Below are positions 36,052 through 48,606 of a stretch of DNA of 64,000 bases, piece by piece. Position numbers and translations under genes: made by a program. Source of the stretch: Oligoflexus sp. (lineage in GTDB: Bacteria > Bdellovibrionota_B > Oligoflexia > Oligoflexales > Oligoflexaceae); assembly GCA_041736305.1 (NCBI GenBank), contig JBGSTX010000074.1, forward strand, positions 1-64,000. Reading direction: 5' to 3'. Position 1 is the stretch's first letter. Every line of letters starts with the position of its first letter. Under the pieces are notes generated by a model. That model had not been told where the DNA came from and searched no databases. It worked only from the letters and a program-made list of their open reading frames with translations.

Positions 36052-39000
36052 TCAGCTACTAGCTTCCATGGCAGGTTGCGCAAGCGGAACCAGCTGCTCA
36101 TCAGAAGCGCCGCGTACGCGAGACTCTAGGCGACGGTACTGAGATGAGCCCGTCCCCGCTGGGATCAATCGTCCCATAATGACGTTCTCTTTCAATCCAC
36201 GCAGGTGGTCGATCTTACTATTGATCGCCGCTTCCGTTAGCACCTTCGTCGTTTCCTGGAAAGATGCTGCAGAGATAAAGCTGTCCGTAGAAAGAGATGC
36301 TTTGGTAATACCCAGAAGAACTGGTTCCCAAATAGCTTCCTGTCCACCTTGTTCGCGAATGCGAGAGTTGGAATCCTCGACTTCATAACGCTCTACCTGC
36401 TCAGCTGGCAGATACTTCGTATCGCCGGGGCTCAGAATCTTCACACGACGGCACATCTGACGCACAATCACTTCACTGTGCTTGTCGTTAATTTTCACAC
36501 CCTGGAGCCGATACACGTCCTGAATTTCTTCGACAAGATACTTCGCCAGCTGAATTGTTCCGAGGATACGCAGAATGTCATGTGGACTCGGTGATCCGTC
36601 GACCAGAGTCTGGCCCTTACGAATATAATCCCCTTCCGTCACAATTATGTGCCGGCCCTTAGGAACAGTGAAGTCTTGGCTACTGCCATCATCACCAACC
36701 ACAACAATTTTACGTTTTCCTTTGGAATCAGCTCCGAAGGTAACTGTACCATCACGGTCAGACATAATTGCGTAGTCTTTAGGCTTTCTAGCTTCGAAAA
36801 GCTCCGCAACCCGGGGCAAACCACCGGTAATATCTTTTGTTTTGGCAGTTTCACGCGGTATCTTGGCGATGACGTCACCAGGCATAACCTCGGCATCGTT
36901 CTCGATGAAGATAGTTGCACCGACCGGCAGTGAGTAGCGAGCGTCGCGCTTGCCATCGACACTGACCGTCTTGCTGCTCAACTTATCGACAACTTCGATC
37001 GAAGGCTTGAGATCCGTACCGCGGGTTTCAATAACAACTTTACGAGTGAGGAAGGTGACTTCGTCAGTCCGCTCTTCCATCGACTGACCTTCTTTGAGGT
37101 CGTTGTATTTAATGCGCCCACCAACTTCGGCTAAGATGGGATTCGCGAAGGGGTCCCATTCAGTCAGCGGCCCACCAGCCTCGACTTCCTGACCATCGCT
37201 AACTAAGAGATAAGAACCGTAGGTGATCGGATAAACTTCCCGCAAAGCACCTGAGTCTTTGTCGAGAATCTTTATCTCACCATTACGACTCAAGACGATC
37301 CGACGATTTTCACGGTTATTTACCGCCGTGATACGCTCGAATTTCACGACACCGGAGAAGCCGGTATCGCGGGTATTCTTTTCAACTTTGTGCGTAACAG
37401 CACCACCAAAGTGGAAGGTACGCATGGTGAGCTGTGTACCCGGCTCACCTATCGACTGGGCAGCGATAACCCCAATTGCTTCGCCAACGTTGATAAGATG
37501 CCCTGTTGCCAAGTCGCGGCCATAGCACTTCGCACAGATACCGACGCGGGTAAGACAGGTCAGCACTGAACGAGTACGAGCCAATTCAATACCGGCAGCG
37601 TCCATAGCTTTGGAAATGCGCTCATCAATGACTTCGCCTGCCGAGGCGATCACTTCAGAAGTTGCTGGATGGATAACATCATCAAGCAAAGCACGGCCGA
37701 GGGTACGGTCACCAAGCGATTGCTTGATGTCAGAACCTTCCCGGAGCGGAGTCATATTGATGCCGAGACCCGTCTTGCAATCCTGCTCTGCAATCGTGCA
37801 GTCTTGGGCGACATCGACAAGACGCCGAGTCAGATAACCTGAACTTGCTGTCTTCAAGGCTGTATCCGCAAGGCCCTTACGCGCACCGTGCGTCGAGGTA
37901 AAGTACTCAAGAACCGAGAGTCCTTCACGGAAGTTTGCCGTAATCGGAGTCTCGATGATTTCACCCGAAGGCTTAGCCATGAGCCCCCTCATGCCCGCCA
38001 ACTGACGAATCTGCTGCGCAGAACCACGAGCACCGGAATCGGCCATCATGAAGATCGAGTTTGAGCTATCGACTTCACGCTCAATGCCTTTGTGGTCTTT
38101 TTTAGTTTCCTTAGCGATGTTCCGGAACATTTCTTCAGCAATGCTTTCGGTAACTTTCGCCCAGATATCAATAACCTTATTGTAGCGCTCCCCTTCAGTC
38201 AGAAGACCTTCAGAGTATTGCTCCTTAATCTTTTTCACTTCTTCATAAGCATCATCGAGGAGACGCTTCTTGCCTTCGGGCACAACCATGTCACCAATGG
38301 CGATCGAAAGGCCGGCTTTGGTCGAATAGCGATATCCCATGGCTCGCAGAGCATCAGCCAGCAGGACTGTCTTTTTTGGACCCGCGATTCGGAAAGTATG
38401 ATCGACGAGAGCCGCCAATTCTTTCTTGCCCATGCGACGGTTAATCGTGTCAAACGGCAGCTCGTCGGGCAGAATTTCCGAGAGCAAAGCCCGGCCTACA
38501 GTCGTGTCGTAACGCTTCCCATTTAAACGAACCGAGATCGGAGCCTGTAGACCAACTTCATCATGGTCATAGGCAACTCGGACCTCTTCTACCGAACCGA
38601 AGATTTTACCGGCACCTTTGTCGGCGATGTTATCTTTGGTGAGATAGTAAATCCCGAGAACGATATCCTGAGTCGGAACGATAACTGGAGTACCCGAGGC
38701 TGGGCTCAAGATATTGTTCGTCGACATCATGAGAACGCGAGCTTCCATCTGGGCTTCAACGGAAAGCGGCACATGCACGGCCATCTGGTCACCGTCGAAG
38801 TCCGCGTTAAATGCGAAGCAGACCAGTGGGTGTAGCTGGATAGCTTTACCTTCGATAAGAACTGGCTCAAAAGCCTGGATTCCAAGTCTATGCAAAGTCG
38901 GTGCACGGTTCAGAAGTATAGGGTGCTCTTTAGTTACTTCCTCGAGAATATCCCAAACTTCGGGACGCTCTTTTTCGACCAGCTTTTTCGCAGATTTGAT

Positions 39001-40191
39001 CGTCGAAACGATCCCGTGCTCTTCAAGCTTGTTGTAGATGAAGGGCTTGAACAGCTCGATGGCCATCTTTTTAGGCAGACCACACTGGTGCAGCTTAAGC
39101 GTAGGGCCTACGACTATAACCGAACGACCGGAGTAGTCGACCCGCTTACCGAGCAAGTTTTGACGGAAGCGACCCTGCTTGCCCTTGAGCATATCCGAGA
39201 GAGAACGCAGCGCACGCTTGTTGGGGCCGGTGAAGACCTTACCGCGGCGACCGTTATCAAAAAGAGCATCGACGGCCTCCTGCAGCATCCTCTTTTCGTT
39301 CCGGATAATGATTTCGGGCGCGTTCAATTCGATGAGGCGCAAGAGGCGATTATTCCGGTTGATAACACGGCGGTATAGATCGTTAAGATCCGAAGTCGCG
39401 AATCTGCCCCCATCCAATGGCACCAGCGGCCGTAGATCGGGAGGTAGAACAGGAATAACTGAAAGCATCATCCATTCGGGTTTGCTGTCGTTATTCTTGA
39501 AAGCTTCGACTACTTTAAGACGTTTTTGCAGCTTCTTGCGAGCAGCTTCGGAGCTAGCTTCAAGTAGAGCTTTACGCAAATCGTCGGCGAGATCTTCAAT
39601 GCGCAGACCCGCTAGCAGTTCTTGAATCGCTTCCGCACCGACACCTACCTGAAAGGCGCCGTTACCATGCTCTTGAAGCAACTGTTCGTACTCGTCTTCG
39701 CTGATCACCTGACCGACGCGAAGTTTAGTTGTCTCATCCGTACCCGCATCGAGAACGACGTAGGATTCGCTGTAGAGAATGCGCTCGACATCTTTTAGAG
39801 GGATGTCAAGAATTGCACCGATACGCGAAGGGAGCGACTTCAAGAACCAAATGTGAGCGACCGGAGTCGCGAGGTTGATGTGCCCGAGACGCTCGCGGCG
39901 CACCTTCGAATGGATAACTTCAACACCGCATTTATCGCAGACGATGCCGCGGTGCTTCATTCGCTTATATTTGCCACATATACATTCAAAGTCCCGAACC
40001 GGGCCAAAGATTTTAGCACAAAACAGACCATCGCGCTCAGGCTTGAAGGTACGGTAGTTGATGGTCTCAGGCTTTTTAACCTCACCATAAGACCAGCTCC
40101 GTATCTTTTCCGGTGAAGCTAGCGATATTTTTATCGCACTGAAGCTCAGAGGATCGGTCGGTTTATCGAAAAAGCTTACTAAGTCGTTCAA
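36052..40191 (-). CDS. rpoC: RNA polymerase beta' subunit
   Basis: NADFDGDQM, zinc finger, RTFH; TTG start at 40191 after GGAGG. Confidence 0.98.
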   Translation of the reverse strand: MNDLVSFFDKPTDPLSFSAIKISLASPEKIRSWSYGEVKKPETINYRTFKPERDGLFCAKIFGPVRDFECICGKYKRMKHRGIVCDKCGVEVIHSKVRRERLGHINLATPVAHIWFLKSLPSRIGAILDIPLKDVERILYSESYVVLDAGTDETTKLRVGQVISEDEYEQLLQEHGNGAFQVGVGAEAIQELLAGLRIEDLADDLRKALLEASSEAARKKLQKRLKVVEAFKNNDSKPEWMMLSVIPVLPPDLRPLVPLDGGRFATSDLNDLYRRVINRNNRLLRLIELNAPEIIIRNEKRMLQEAVDALFDNGRRGKVFTGPNKRALRSLSDMLKGKQGRFRQNLLGKRVDYSGRSVIVVGPTLKLHQCGLPKKMAIELFKPFIYNKLEEHGIVSTIKSAKKLVEKERPEVWDILEEVTKEHPILLNRAPTLHRLGIQAFEPVLIEGKAIQLHPLVCFAFNADFDGDQMAVHVPLSVEAQMEARVLMMSTNNILSPASGTPVIVPTQDIVLGIYYLTKDNIADKGAGKIFGSVEEVRVAYDHDEVGLQAPISVRLNGKRYDTTVGRALLSEILPDELPFDTINRRMGKKELAALVDHTFRIAGPKKTVLLADALRAMGYRYSTKAGLSIAIGDMVVPEGKKRLLDDAYEEVKKIKEQYSEGLLTEGERYNKVIDIWAKVTESIAEEMFRNIAKETKKDHKGIEREVDSSNSIFMMADSGARGSAQQIRQLAGMRGLMAKPSGEIIETPITANFREGLSVLEYFTSTHGARKGLADTALKTASSGYLTRRLVDVAQDCTIAEQDCKTGLGINMTPLREGSDIKQSLGDRTLGRALLDDVIHPATSEVIASAGEVIDERISKAMDAAGIELARTRSVLTCLTRVGICAKCYGRDLATGHLINVGEAIGVIAAQSIGEPGTQLTMRTFHFGGAVTHKVEKNTRDTGFSGVVKFERITAVNNRENRRIVLSRNGEIKILDKDSGALREVYPITYGSYLLVSDGQEVEAGGPLTEWDPFANPILAEVGGRIKYNDLKEGQSMEERTDEVTFLTRKVVIETRGTDLKPSIEVVDKLSSKTVSVDGKRDARYSLPVGATIFIENDAEVMPGDVIAKIPRETAKTKDITGGLPRVAELFEARKPKDYAIMSDRDGTVTFGADSKGKRKIVVVGDDGSSQDFTVPKGRHIIVTEGDYIRKGQTLVDGSPSPHDILRILGTIQLAKYLVEEIQDVYRLQGVKINDKHSEVIVRQMCRRVKILSPGDTKYLPAEQVERYEVEDSNSRIREQGGQEAIWEPVLLGITKASLSTDSFISAASFQETTKVLTEAAINSKIDHLRGLKENVIMGRLIPAGTGSSQYRRLESRVRGASDEQLVPLAQPAMEASS

Positions 40192-40261
40192 GTGAGTAAC
40201 CTCCATGAGGACGGATGAGAGGGGCGTGCCCATGCATGCCCCACTCGCGGATGCTAGGGCC

Positions 40262-43200
40262 TTACTGACTAAAACCTTCGAGACCGACTTCTTCGTCGTC
40301 ACGTATGAGGTTCACGTCCAGCGCCAAGCTCTGAAGCTCTTTGACGAGAACGTTAAAGCTCTCAGGCAGGCCCGGCATCATCATGTTCTGGCCTTTCACA
40401 ATCGATTCGTACATACGCGTCCGGCCAAGGACGTCGTCTGACTTCACGGTCAGGAACTCTTGCAGAGTATTCGCTGCACCGTAAGCTTCCATGGCCCAGA
40501 CTTCCATCTCTCCGAGACGCTGGCCACCGAACTGAGCTTTACCGCCCAAAGGTTGCTGCGTAACAAGAGAATAAGGACCAATTGAACGGGCATGGATCTT
40601 TTCGTCAACCAAGTGGTGAAGCTTCAAAACGTACATAACGCCAACTGTCACACGGTTGTCGAACTTGTTCCCCGTACGGCCGTCGTAGAGATCGCTCTGC
40701 CCGTCTTCATCAAGACCAGCAAGACGGAGGTAGCGCTTGATGTCGACTTCCCCGGCACCATCAAAGACTGGGTTAGCGAGATGCACGCCTTCCCTGAATT
40801 TTCTGACAAAGCTAACAAGCTCAGGGTCACTGCAGCTGTTAACAAATTCCCTGATCTTTTTGTCGTCCCAAATCTCGAAGATAAATTGCTCGAGATCCTT
40901 CCTATTGAAAGACTGCTCGAAGAAAGTCTGCAGCTTCTCGCCTAGACCTTTAGCAGCCCAGCCCAGGTGAGTTTCAAGAATCTGCCCGACGTTCATACGC
41001 GAAGGAACACCGAGAGGATTCAAAACGATATCCACTGGCCGACCATCACCAAGGAACGGCATGTCTTCTTCAGGAAGGATACGTGAAACGACACCCTTGT
41101 TACCGTGTCGACCGGCCATTTTATCACCAACTTGCAGCTTACGCTTGATGGCAACATAGACCTTGACCATTTTGATCACACCCGGAGGTAGCTCATCGCC
41201 CTTGCGGACTTTCTTAATTTGCTCTTCCGTCATAAAGCGGATGAGGTTGATCTTCTCTCTGAGGCTCTCGACAACTTTGCTCAAGAGTGAATTGCGCTGA
41301 GCATCTTTAACGGCGAGCTGCTCCCAGTAAATGTAGTCGAGCTTAGTGAGAAAATGCTCATCAACTACTGATCCCGAGCTCGCAATTGCCAAGCCATCGC
41401 GGCCACGAATTTCGCCAGCAAGGGTCTCACCCGCAACGATGCGAGCGATTTTACGGGCTGCTGATTCTTTGATGATCGTGATTCGGTCACTTTCATCTTT
41501 CCTCAGGCGAGCGATTTCTTCCTCTTCGATTTGTAGGCTGCGAGCATCTTTAACGGCACCTTCGCGGGCGTAGACCTTAGCTCCAATCACAGTCCCTACT
41601 ACGCCAGGTGGAACCCGGAGAGAGGTATCGCGAACATCACCGGCTTTTTCACCGAAAATAGCCCGTAGGAGCTTCTCTTCCGGAGTCAGCTGAGTCTCGC
41701 CCTTCGGCGTAATCTTGCCGACCAAGAGGTCATTTGGCTTCACATCAGCACCGATACGGATAATACCCGCTTCGTCGAGGTTTTTGAGGGCCTCTTCACC
41801 GACATTAGGAATATCTGAAGTTATTTCTTCTTGACCGAGCTTTGTATCGCGCGAAATACATTCAAATTCTTGAATGTGAATACTAGTATAAAGGTCTTCT
41901 TTGACGACCCGCTCGGAGATGAGTATGGAGTCCTCGAAGTTGTAACCGCTCCATGGCATGAAGGCCACAACCACGTTTTGCCCTAGAGCCAGCTCGCCCA
42001 TTTCTGTCGCAAAACCATCGGCGATAATATCGCCTTTTTGTACGCGCTCGCCCTTAACCACGATAGGCTTTTGGTTGATACAAGTATCGACGTTCGAACG
42101 CTTGTTTTTCTCGAGCTTATAGATGTCGACTTCAGCGCCCACTTCCGTGAGGTTTTCGTCCTTGTCGTCCGTCTTGATAACAATACGCTCGGCATCGACA
42201 GAAACGATTACACCGTCCCGTTTCGCTACTACCGTGGCACCCGAATCGCGTGCCACGATGCGCTCCATACCAGTTCCAACCAGCGGAGCCCGGGTTTTCA
42301 AGAGCGGAACAGCCTGCCGCTGCATGTTAGATCCCATGAGAGCGCGGTTTGCATCATCGTTTTGAAGAAAGGGGATGAGATTCGCAGCCACAGAAACGAG
42401 CTGACTTGTGGAAACATCCATCAAGTCAGCTTCCTCTGCCCGAACAATCTCACTTTCACCGGCGCGACGTGCGTAAACCATCTCATCATCTGTGAGCACG
42501 TTACTCGCCTGGGCGATCACGTGATCCAAATGTTCCTCAGCTGCCGAATAGTAGCGAACGGAATTCCTGCCGCCATTCTCTTCGGTAAGCGACTTAAAAG
42601 GGGTCTCGATGAAACCGTACTCGTTTACTTTCGCAAAGCTCGCAAGCGACGAAATCAGACCGATATTCGGACCTTCAGGGGTCTCGATAGGACAGATCCG
42701 ACCGTAGTGAGTGGGGTGAACGTCACGCACTTCAAACCCTGCGCGCTCACGGCTCAAACCGCCAGGCCCAAGGGCTGAAAGACGGCGCTTGTGGGTAACT
42801 TCCGACAGAGGATTCGTCTGATCCATAAACTGGCTCAGCTGCGAACTACCAAAGAATTCTTTGACGACGGCCGAAGCCGGCTTATTGTTCACAAAATCGT
42901 GTGGCAAAAGGGTGTCGACATCACCGAGCTGGAGACGCTCTCTAATCGCTCGTTCTATACGAAGAAGGCCGATGCGATACTGATTCTCCAGCAATTCACC
43001 AACAGCCCTTACACGACGGTTGCTCAGGTTGTCGATATCATCGATCTGACCTTTTTCATTCTTAAGGCCGATCAGATATTCAACGGCACGGAGAATATCC
43101 TCTTTGGTCAGCGTTCTGACTTCGAGTGGGATCTCTAGACCTAGCTTCTGGTTGAGCTTCATGCGACCGACGGCACTCAGATCGTAGCGGTCAGCGTTGA

Positions 43201-44389
43201 AGAAGAGATTTTCGAAGAGCGCCGTAGCCGGCTCAATCGTCGGGGGATCACCGGGACGCATTCTCTTGTAAATTTCGAGAATAGCCTCTTCCTTCGTATC
43301 GATCTTGTCGGTCACGAGGGTATTTCTAAAGGAAGCATCTGCGTTCACACCGTCGATGAAGAGAACAGAAAACTCCCGCACACCAGCTTTGACCATCTTC
43401 TCAAGGAATTCGAGAGTCAATTCGGTGTTCAACGGCACAATGGGCTTACCCGTCTTGTCGTTGATAGCTTCCGCTGTAATCTTGCCTGTGAGTTCGTCTT
43501 GCTCCATCGCTACATATTCGATCCCAGCCTGCTCCATCTGCCGAATTGCGCCAACGGAGATGCGCCGCCCCTTTTTAACGAGGACTTTGCCTGTAGAAGG
43601 ATCCACTAAGTCGGTCAGCGCACGCTGGCCCCGCAAGATTTCATAGTTTAACTTTTTCTCGAGTTTACCTTCGCGGATCCGGATCGATTCCTTCTTATAG
43701 AAGCGATCGAGCAGTTCCTGCTCGGTGTAACCCAAAGCCTTGAGGAGAATCGATCCATGCATCTTCCGGCGACGGTCAATCCGGAGATAAAGAATGTCTT
43801 TGGAGTCGAACTCGAAGTCGAGCCAGCTGCCTCGATAGGGTATAACTCTCGCAGTGTAGAGGAGTTTCCCCGAAGCGCTGTTACGACCTTTATCATGGTC
43901 AAAGAAAACACCAGACGAACGATGCAACTGGGAAACGACAACTCTTTCCGTACCGTTGATGATGAATGTACCATCATCGGTCATCAAAGGAATTTCGCCG
44001 AAGTAGACCTCCTGCTCTTTTACATCCCTGATGCTTTTGACATTCGTTTCCTTGTCGAGGTCCCAAACTACCAGGCGAATGACGACCTTAAGGGGAGCAG
44101 CGAAGCTCATACCCCTCTGGCGGCACTCGTCGACTGTGTATTTAGGCTCTTCGAAAGAATAGCTGACGAACTCGACCGAAGCGGTTTCCGCAAAATGAGT
44201 AATAGGGAAAACCGAATTGAAGACGGCTTCGAGGCCGACGCTTTTCCGATTCTGTGGCAGCTCTTGCGCCTGCAGAAACGAGTTATAGCTATTCTTCTGC
44301 AGCTCGATCAAATATGGTATGTCAATTGCAGGGGGTATCTTTTCAAAGCGCTTGCGAGGACGTGTAAAACTGGAAGCGAGGGAGGTCAT
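40262..44389 (-). CDS. rpoB: RNA polymerase beta subunit
   Basis: [34 protein letters not shown]. Confidence 0.99.
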   Translation of the reverse strand: MTSLASSFTRPRKRFEKIPPAIDIPYLIELQKNSYNSFLQAQELPQNRKSVGLEAVFNSVFPITHFAETASVEFVSYSFEEPKYTVDECRQRGMSFAAPLKVVIRLVVWDLDKETNVKSIRDVKEQEVYFGEIPLMTDDGTFIINGTERVVVSQLHRSSGVFFDHDKGRNSASGKLLYTARVIPYRGSWLDFEFDSKDILYLRIDRRRKMHGSILLKALGYTEQELLDRFYKKESIRIREGKLEKKLNYEILRGQRALTDLVDPSTGKVLVKKGRRISVGAIRQMEQAGIEYVAMEQDELTGKITAEAINDKTGKPIVPLNTELTLEFLEKMVKAGVREFSVLFIDGVNADASFRNTLVTDKIDTKEEAILEIYKRMRPGDPPTIEPATALFENLFFNADRYDLSAVGRMKLNQKLGLEIPLEVRTLTKEDILRAVEYLIGLKNEKGQIDDIDNLSNRRVRAVGELLENQYRIGLLRIERAIRERLQLGDVDTLLPHDFVNNKPASAVVKEFFGSSQLSQFMDQTNPLSEVTHKRRLSALGPGGLSRERAGFEVRDVHPTHYGRICPIETPEGPNIGLISSLASFAKVNEYGFIETPFKSLTEENGGRNSVRYYSAAEEHLDHVIAQASNVLTDDEMVYARRAGESEIVRAEEADLMDVSTSQLVSVAANLIPFLQNDDANRALMGSNMQRQAVPLLKTRAPLVGTGMERIVARDSGATVVAKRDGVIVSVDAERIVIKTDDKDENLTEVGAEVDIYKLEKNKRSNVDTCINQKPIVVKGERVQKGDIIADGFATEMGELALGQNVVVAFMPWSGYNFEDSILISERVVKEDLYTSIHIQEFECISRDTKLGQEEITSDIPNVGEEALKNLDEAGIIRIGADVKPNDLLVGKITPKGETQLTPEEKLLRAIFGEKAGDVRDTSLRVPPGVVGTVIGAKVYAREGAVKDARSLQIEEEEIARLRKDESDRITIIKESAARKIARIVAGETLAGEIRGRDGLAIASSGSVVDEHFLTKLDYIYWEQLAVKDAQRNSLLSKVVESLREKINLIRFMTEEQIKKVRKGDELPPGVIKMVKVYVAIKRKLQVGDKMAGRHGNKGVVSRILPEEDMPFLGDGRPVDIVLNPLGVPSRMNVGQILETHLGWAAKGLGEKLQTFFEQSFNRKDLEQFIFEIWDDKKIREFVNSCSDPELVSFVRKFREGVHLANPVFDGAGEVDIKRYLRLAGLDEDGQSDLYDGRTGNKFDNRVTVGVMYVLKLHHLVDEKIHARSIGPYSLVTQQPLGGKAQFGGQRLGEMEVWAMEAYGAANTLQEFLTVKSDDVLGRTRMYESIVKGQNMMMPGLPESFNVLVKELQSLALDVNLIRDDEEVGLEGFSQ

Positions 44390-44651
44390 TGAGCACTCCT
44401 ATGAAAGGAATAGCGTTGCAAACAGTGCAGAAGCCGGCATACTTCTCTTGCAACCCACGTGAACCGTGAGTGCTGGTCCTGAGAATACGGTCTCAGGGTA
44501 GCGTCAATACAACACACGGGTCCAGTTCAGATCTCTACAGAGTGCCGAGGCCCTCATGCATCAGGTGGAGGTCCCTTACGACCTGTGACCAGAATGAAAA
44601 TGTGCGGACTGCACTCTTCGGCTTGCGCCGTGTCATGCTAAATCAGAACAG

Positions 44652-44700
44652 AAAAAATCACCCCGCACTCCAAGTAGCCTGCTCTTGGATCGGGGCGTGA
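44652..44700 (-). terminator. Terminator/attenuator hairpin within the rplL-rpoB spacer
   Basis: TCACGCCCCG-TCCAAG...CTTGGA-CGGGGTGA followed by TTTTTT. Confidence 0.65.
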
Positions 44701-44885
44701 AAGACCGAGTGGCTTCCACAGACACTGCGGTAACATTTTGCATCTAATATCCGATGAAACGGATCAAAAACCCATTTTCAGCCGAAACATAGGGAACTGA
44801 ATTCTCAAAAGTTTTCGAGCTAAAGCGCAGGTTCCCCAACTTCATATATCCTCAGAGTCAATAGGATATATGGAACTTGAGCAAT

Positions 44886-44950
44886 AAAAAAGCGGAAAGA
44901 GCTGCAAAGCCAAAAAAGATCTTGACCTGCAAACACTTTCCGGCATTTTT
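44886..44950 (-). terminator. Hairpin with U tract right after rplL
   Basis: CGGAAAG...CTTTCCG followed by CTTTTTT. Confidence 0.55.
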
Positions 44951-44952
44951 GC

Positions 44953-45330
44953 TTACTTGAGTTCGACTTTAGCGCCGGCCTTCTCGAGAACGTCCTTGAT
45001 CTTGAGGGCGTCTTCTTTAGGAATGTTAGCTTTAACTTCCTTTGGAGCGCCTTCAACTAGGTCTTTGGCTTCTTTCAAGCCGAGACCAGTGATCGCACGT
45101 ATTTCTTTGATGACGTTAATCTTCTTGTCACCAGCGTCAGTAAGAACGACTGTAAATTCAGTCTTCTCTTCGACAGGTGCTGCTGCACCAGCGGGCATTG
45201 CAGCAAAGGCTACAGGAGCTGCAGCGCTTACACCAAACTTCTCTTCCAGCTCCTTCACGAGGTCAGCCGCTTGCATAAGCGTCAGATTCTGAAGAAACTC
45301 AACAACCTGTTCTTTCGTTACGTTGGCCAT
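44953..45330 (-). CDS. rplL: 50S ribosomal protein L7/L12
   Basis: [29 protein letters not shown]. Confidence 0.98.
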   Translation of the reverse strand: MANVTKEQVVEFLQNLTLMQAADLVKELEEKFGVSAAAPVAFAAMPAGAAAPVEEKTEFTVVLTDAGDKKINVIKEIRAITGLGLKEAKDLVEGAPKEVKANIPKEDALKIKDVLEKAGAKVELK

Positions 45331-45381
45331 ACAAATCTTCCTCCCAAATCACATCCATAGCTTCGACCGGAACCAAAGCCC

Positions 45382-45906
45382 TTACGATGTTTTCTTATCT
45401 TTAATAGCGTTGATAACCTGAACTAGATTTCTTGGTACAGCATTCAGCACGCCCAAAATATTACGATGGGGTGCGACGAGAGATCCAATAATCTGAGCCA
45501 GTAGAACTTCTTTACTGGGCAAATCAGCGAGAGATTTAAGGTTCGCCTTGGAAAGAGGAGCTCCTTCCATATGACCGGCTGTAACCTTAAAGTTCGGATG
45601 ATCTTTTTCAAAATCGAGCGCAGCCTTTGTTATAGCAGCCGCATCTCCATATCCGCAGATAAGACCTACTGGACCGACCAGACTTTTCGACAGATCTTCC
45701 AGGTCCTGAACGTCAATAGAAATAGCCTTTTTAGCTATCCTATTCTTGACGACTTTGAACTCTGCGCTTGCTTTGCGAAGCGACACGCGCAGCTTAGTCA
45801 TCTCTTCTACAGTCAGACCGCGATATTCTGCGACGAGTACAGCCTTTGACTTCTTAAACCGTTCGGCTGTGTCTTCACGCAGTTCTTTTTTCGCTTTACG
45901 ATCCAT
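45382..45906 (-). CDS. rplJ: 50S ribosomal protein L10
   Basis: EYRGLTV, VVKNR, LPSKEVLLA. Confidence 0.96.
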   Translation of the reverse strand: MDRKAKKELREDTAERFKKSKAVLVAEYRGLTVEEMTKLRVSLRKASAEFKVVKNRIAKKAISIDVQDLEDLSKSLVGPVGLICGYGDAAAITKAALDFEKDHPNFKVTAGHMEGAPLSKANLKSLADLPSKEVLLAQIIGSLVAPHRNILGVLNAVPRNLVQVINAIKDKKTS

Positions 45907-45920
45907 TGCTCATTTCCCCT

Positions 45921-46616
45921 TTAGACCTTGAAGGGCGTCGTATCAACGCGAACACCAGGTCCCATAGTAGCTGACAGACATACCTTCTTCAGGTAGGTGC
46001 CTTTGGCCGTCGAGGGCTTAGCCTTCAGCAGCGTGTCGATGATGGTCCGAGCGTTCTCTGCCAGCTGCTCTGCACCGAAGTTCGAGCGACCAACCGAAAG
46101 ATGCACGATACCAGCTTTGTCGACCCGATACTCGGCGCGACCAGCACGAAGCTCGGTGATAGCTTTGTCGATTTCAAAGGTGACAGTTCCCAGCTTGGGG
46201 TTGGGCATGAGACCGCGTGGACCTAGAACCTTGCCGAGACGACCGACAACACCCATCATGTCAGGGGTTGCGATCACTTGATCGAAATCAAGCCAGCCTT
46301 CGCTGATTTTCTTGGCTAGATCGTCGCCGCCGACGAAATCCACTTGATGATTTCCTGCCTCTACCGCCTTTTCGCCCTTCGCGAAAACAACGATGCGCAC
46401 TTTTTTTCCTAACCCGTGAGGGAGGACAGTTGCGCCGCGGATGTTTTGATCTGCGTGACGAGGATCAACACCGAGGTTGATAGCCAGATCAACAGAAGCA
46501 TCCATCTTAGAGTAGGACGTGTTCTTGACGAGTGTGCAGGCCTCGAGAAGATCGTATTGTTTATTACGATCTACCTGGGCGAGGGCTGCGCGATACTTCT
46601 TTCCTCGCTTAGCCAT
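45921..46616 (-). CDS. rplA: 50S ribosomal protein L1
   Basis: [25 protein letters not shown]. Confidence 0.98.
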   Translation of the reverse strand: MAKRGKKYRAALAQVDRNKQYDLLEACTLVKNTSYSKMDASVDLAINLGVDPRHADQNIRGATVLPHGLGKKVRIVVFAKGEKAVEAGNHQVDFVGGDDLAKKISEGWLDFDQVIATPDMMGVVGRLGKVLGPRGLMPNPKLGTVTFEIDKAITELRAGRAEYRVDKAGIVHLSVGRSNFGAEQLAENARTIIDTLLKAKPSTAKGTYLKKVCLSATMGPGVRVDTTPFKV

Positions 46617-46626
46617 AATATTCTCC

Positions 46627-46665
46627 GTAGTCCTATCGAACCTAATAACTTTTAGGCTCTCCTAC
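46627..46665 (-). promoter_or_regulatory. Candidate L1-binding operator before rplA
   Basis: GTAG-GAGA-GCCTAA/TTAGGT-TCGATAGGA-CTAC stem/asymmetric loop/stem abutting the GGAG SD. Confidence 0.5.
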
Positions 46666-46684
46666 TATGTGCCGCATGAAAAAC

Positions 46685-47107
46685 TTACTTAACTTCGAGA
46701 CCCATGCTTCGTGCAGAACCCATGATGATTCTCATCGCCGTGTCTTCTTCGTAAGCGTTGAGGTCTTCCATCTTAGTCTTGGCGATCTCACGCACCTGAT
46801 CCATCGTTACAGTTCCAGCAGTGGCTTTGCTAGGAGTCTGCGAGCCTTTTTCGACTTTTGCTGCTTTTTTCAACAAGTCGGAAGCAGGAGGACTCTTCGT
46901 GATAAAGCTGATGGACTTGTCAGCATAGACAGTAATAACAGTCGGCAGAATAGAACCGACTTGCTTCTGCGTCTTTGCATTAAATTCCTTGCAGAAGGCC
47001 ATAATATTGACCCCCCGCTGGCCGAGAGCTGGACCTATGGGAGGAGCTGGGTTTGCTTTACCTGCCGGAATCTGCAGTTTGATAAATCCGACAACCTTCT
47101 TTGCCAC
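46685..47107 (-). CDS. rplK: 50S ribosomal protein L11
   Basis: [22 protein letters not shown]. Confidence 0.98.
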   Translation of the reverse strand: MAKKVVGFIKLQIPAGKANPAPPIGPALGQRGVNIMAFCKEFNAKTQKQVGSILPTVITVYADKSISFITKSPPASDLLKKAAKVEKGSQTPSKATAGTVTMDQVREIAKTKMEDLNAYEEDTAMRIIMGSARSMGLEVK

Positions 47108-47252
47108 TTTTTATACTCCTTCTTTTCCAATGCCAGGCAGCTATCTGAATCAAGACTTGGAAGACGGGGTTTACGTTATTTTGTGTGGGGCGTCAAGCTT
47201 TAAACCAACAAAAGCCCTGACAAGGCTACCCAATGTCACACAGAAAGACGAG

Positions 47253-47798
47253 CTACTGAATCTTTTCAACCTGACCGTATTCCAGCTCCACTGGGGTTTC
47301 CCGACCGAAGATGCGGACGAGAACACGGACCTTAGATTTATCGGGCCGAACCTCATCTATTACACCGTCAAAATTACTGAATGGACCATCCATAACTTTA
47401 ACTGACTCACCTTTTGAGAAATGAACTTCCTGCACGACATCTTTCTTGTCCTGTACCGACTCAGGAGAAGTCATGCGCAGTACTTCGTGATCAGGAAGTG
47501 GCTTCGGATGTTTGGCGTTGCCAACAAAGCCCGTAATTTTCGGCGTACTTTTTACAGTGTGCATCGATTCGTCATCGAGATGCATTTGAACGATGATATA
47601 GCCTGGAAAAGAAGTCCGGGAAACTGAACGCTTCTTACCTGCTTTATTAACAGTTTCGCTGACTGTATGAGGAATGTAGATCTCACCAAACTTCTCTTGC
47701 TGGCCTTCGCTCTTAGCTCGATCGATCAGACCGCTCTTAGCTTTTTCCTCAAAGCCAGAATAAGTATGGATTACGTACCATTTGAGATCAAAAGTCAT
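47253..47798 (-). CDS. nusG: Transcription termination/antitermination factor NusG
   Basis: WYVIHTYSGFE, FPGYI, KOW DGPF, IFGRETPVEL. Confidence 0.97.
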   Translation of the reverse strand: MTFDLKWYVIHTYSGFEEKAKSGLIDRAKSEGQQEKFGEIYIPHTVSETVNKAGKKRSVSRTSFPGYIIVQMHLDDESMHTVKSTPKITGFVGNAKHPKPLPDHEVLRMTSPESVQDKKDVVQEVHFSKGESVKVMDGPFSNFDGVIDEVRPDKSKVRVLVRIFGRETPVELEYGQVEKIQ

Positions 47799-47845
47799 GT
47801 CACCTGCCTCGTTGCATTCAAAATTGGTTCACTGTCCCTACCCCT

Positions 47846-48226
47846 CTAGGTTAGGAGAAGTGCAAAGACCTTGGCCCAGATGAGATCAAAAACGGCCAGT
47901 ATTACCGCAAAAATTCCAACCACGATACAGACGATGACGGTCATGCGCCTGGTATCAGGAAGGCTTGGCCAGGTCACCTTACGGAGTTCCCCGATAGAAG
48001 CAAGAAAGTACTCATGGCGCTCTTTATCTCGCGCGAGGATCCAGACTGAGAGTAAACCCAATGCCACGCTGAGTACGGTAGCGGATGTGTGGTAGACGGT
48101 ATCATATCGATCCGACCAACCGGTCTGAACACCCAATGTCACACTGGCTTTCCAGACCATTAAGCCCACCAAAACGGCGAAAATTACATAGGCCACTTTC
48201 AGCCAATAGGAGTCGTCCTTGTTCAT
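47846..48226 (-). CDS. secE: Preprotein translocase SecE (3-TM type)
   Basis: ELRKVTWP; lies before nusG. Confidence 0.93.
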   Translation of the reverse strand: MNKDDSYWLKVAYVIFAVLVGLMVWKASVTLGVQTGWSDRYDTVYHTSATVLSVALGLLSVWILARDKERHEYFLASIGELRKVTWPSLPDTRRMTVIVCIVVGIFAVILAVFDLIWAKVFALLLT

Positions 48227-48421
48227 TTAAGCCTCTCCAGGATGGAAACAAAAATACTGTAGCGAAAGCCTATCTCAAAACTTGCCGAAGGAGAACGAGA
48301 CTTTAGTGACCCTAAGAGCTTTCCCGTCTTACGAGTCCAAGAAAAAATTTTGTGGGAAAGTCATGAGAGAAGTAAGCTTTGGCGGATACCAAGATGCGCG
48401 CCCCCTTGAGAGATACAGGAG

Positions 48422-48494
48422 CAGGCGAGGAGGGACTCGAACCCACAACAGTCGGATTTGGAATCCGATGCTCTACCATTGGAGCTACTCGCCT
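48422..48494 (-). tRNA. tRNA-Trp(CCA), 3' CCA not encoded
   Basis: AGGCGAG...CTCGCCT-G, anticodon loop TTCCAAA, followed by CTC. Confidence 0.95.
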
Positions 48495-48565
48495 AGAAGA
48501 CTTTGCAATGAAGCTACACTATTCTCGCCCACAGGAAAAGTCGAAGCAAGACAGACGAGAACAAG

Positions 48566-48597
48566 AAAAAGCTGCCATTCGGAAATGGCAGCTTTTT
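48566..48597. terminator. Bidirectional terminator after tuf
   Basis: AAAAAGCTGCCATT-CGGA-AATGGCAGCTTTTT perfect inverted repeat. Confidence 0.85.
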
Positions 48598-48606
48598 GAT
48601 TTCTAT

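Noticed and set aside
40192-40302. N-terminal extension of rpoC in the ORF track, suggesting overlap or fusion with rpoB
   Set aside because: rpoB has its own stop in another frame, and a GGAGG SD precedes the TTG at 40191
48282-48599. Plus-strand ORF containing KKKFCGK, superficially L33-like, at the usual rpmG position
   Set aside because: Wrong strand, overlaps tRNA-Trp and lacks other L33 motifs
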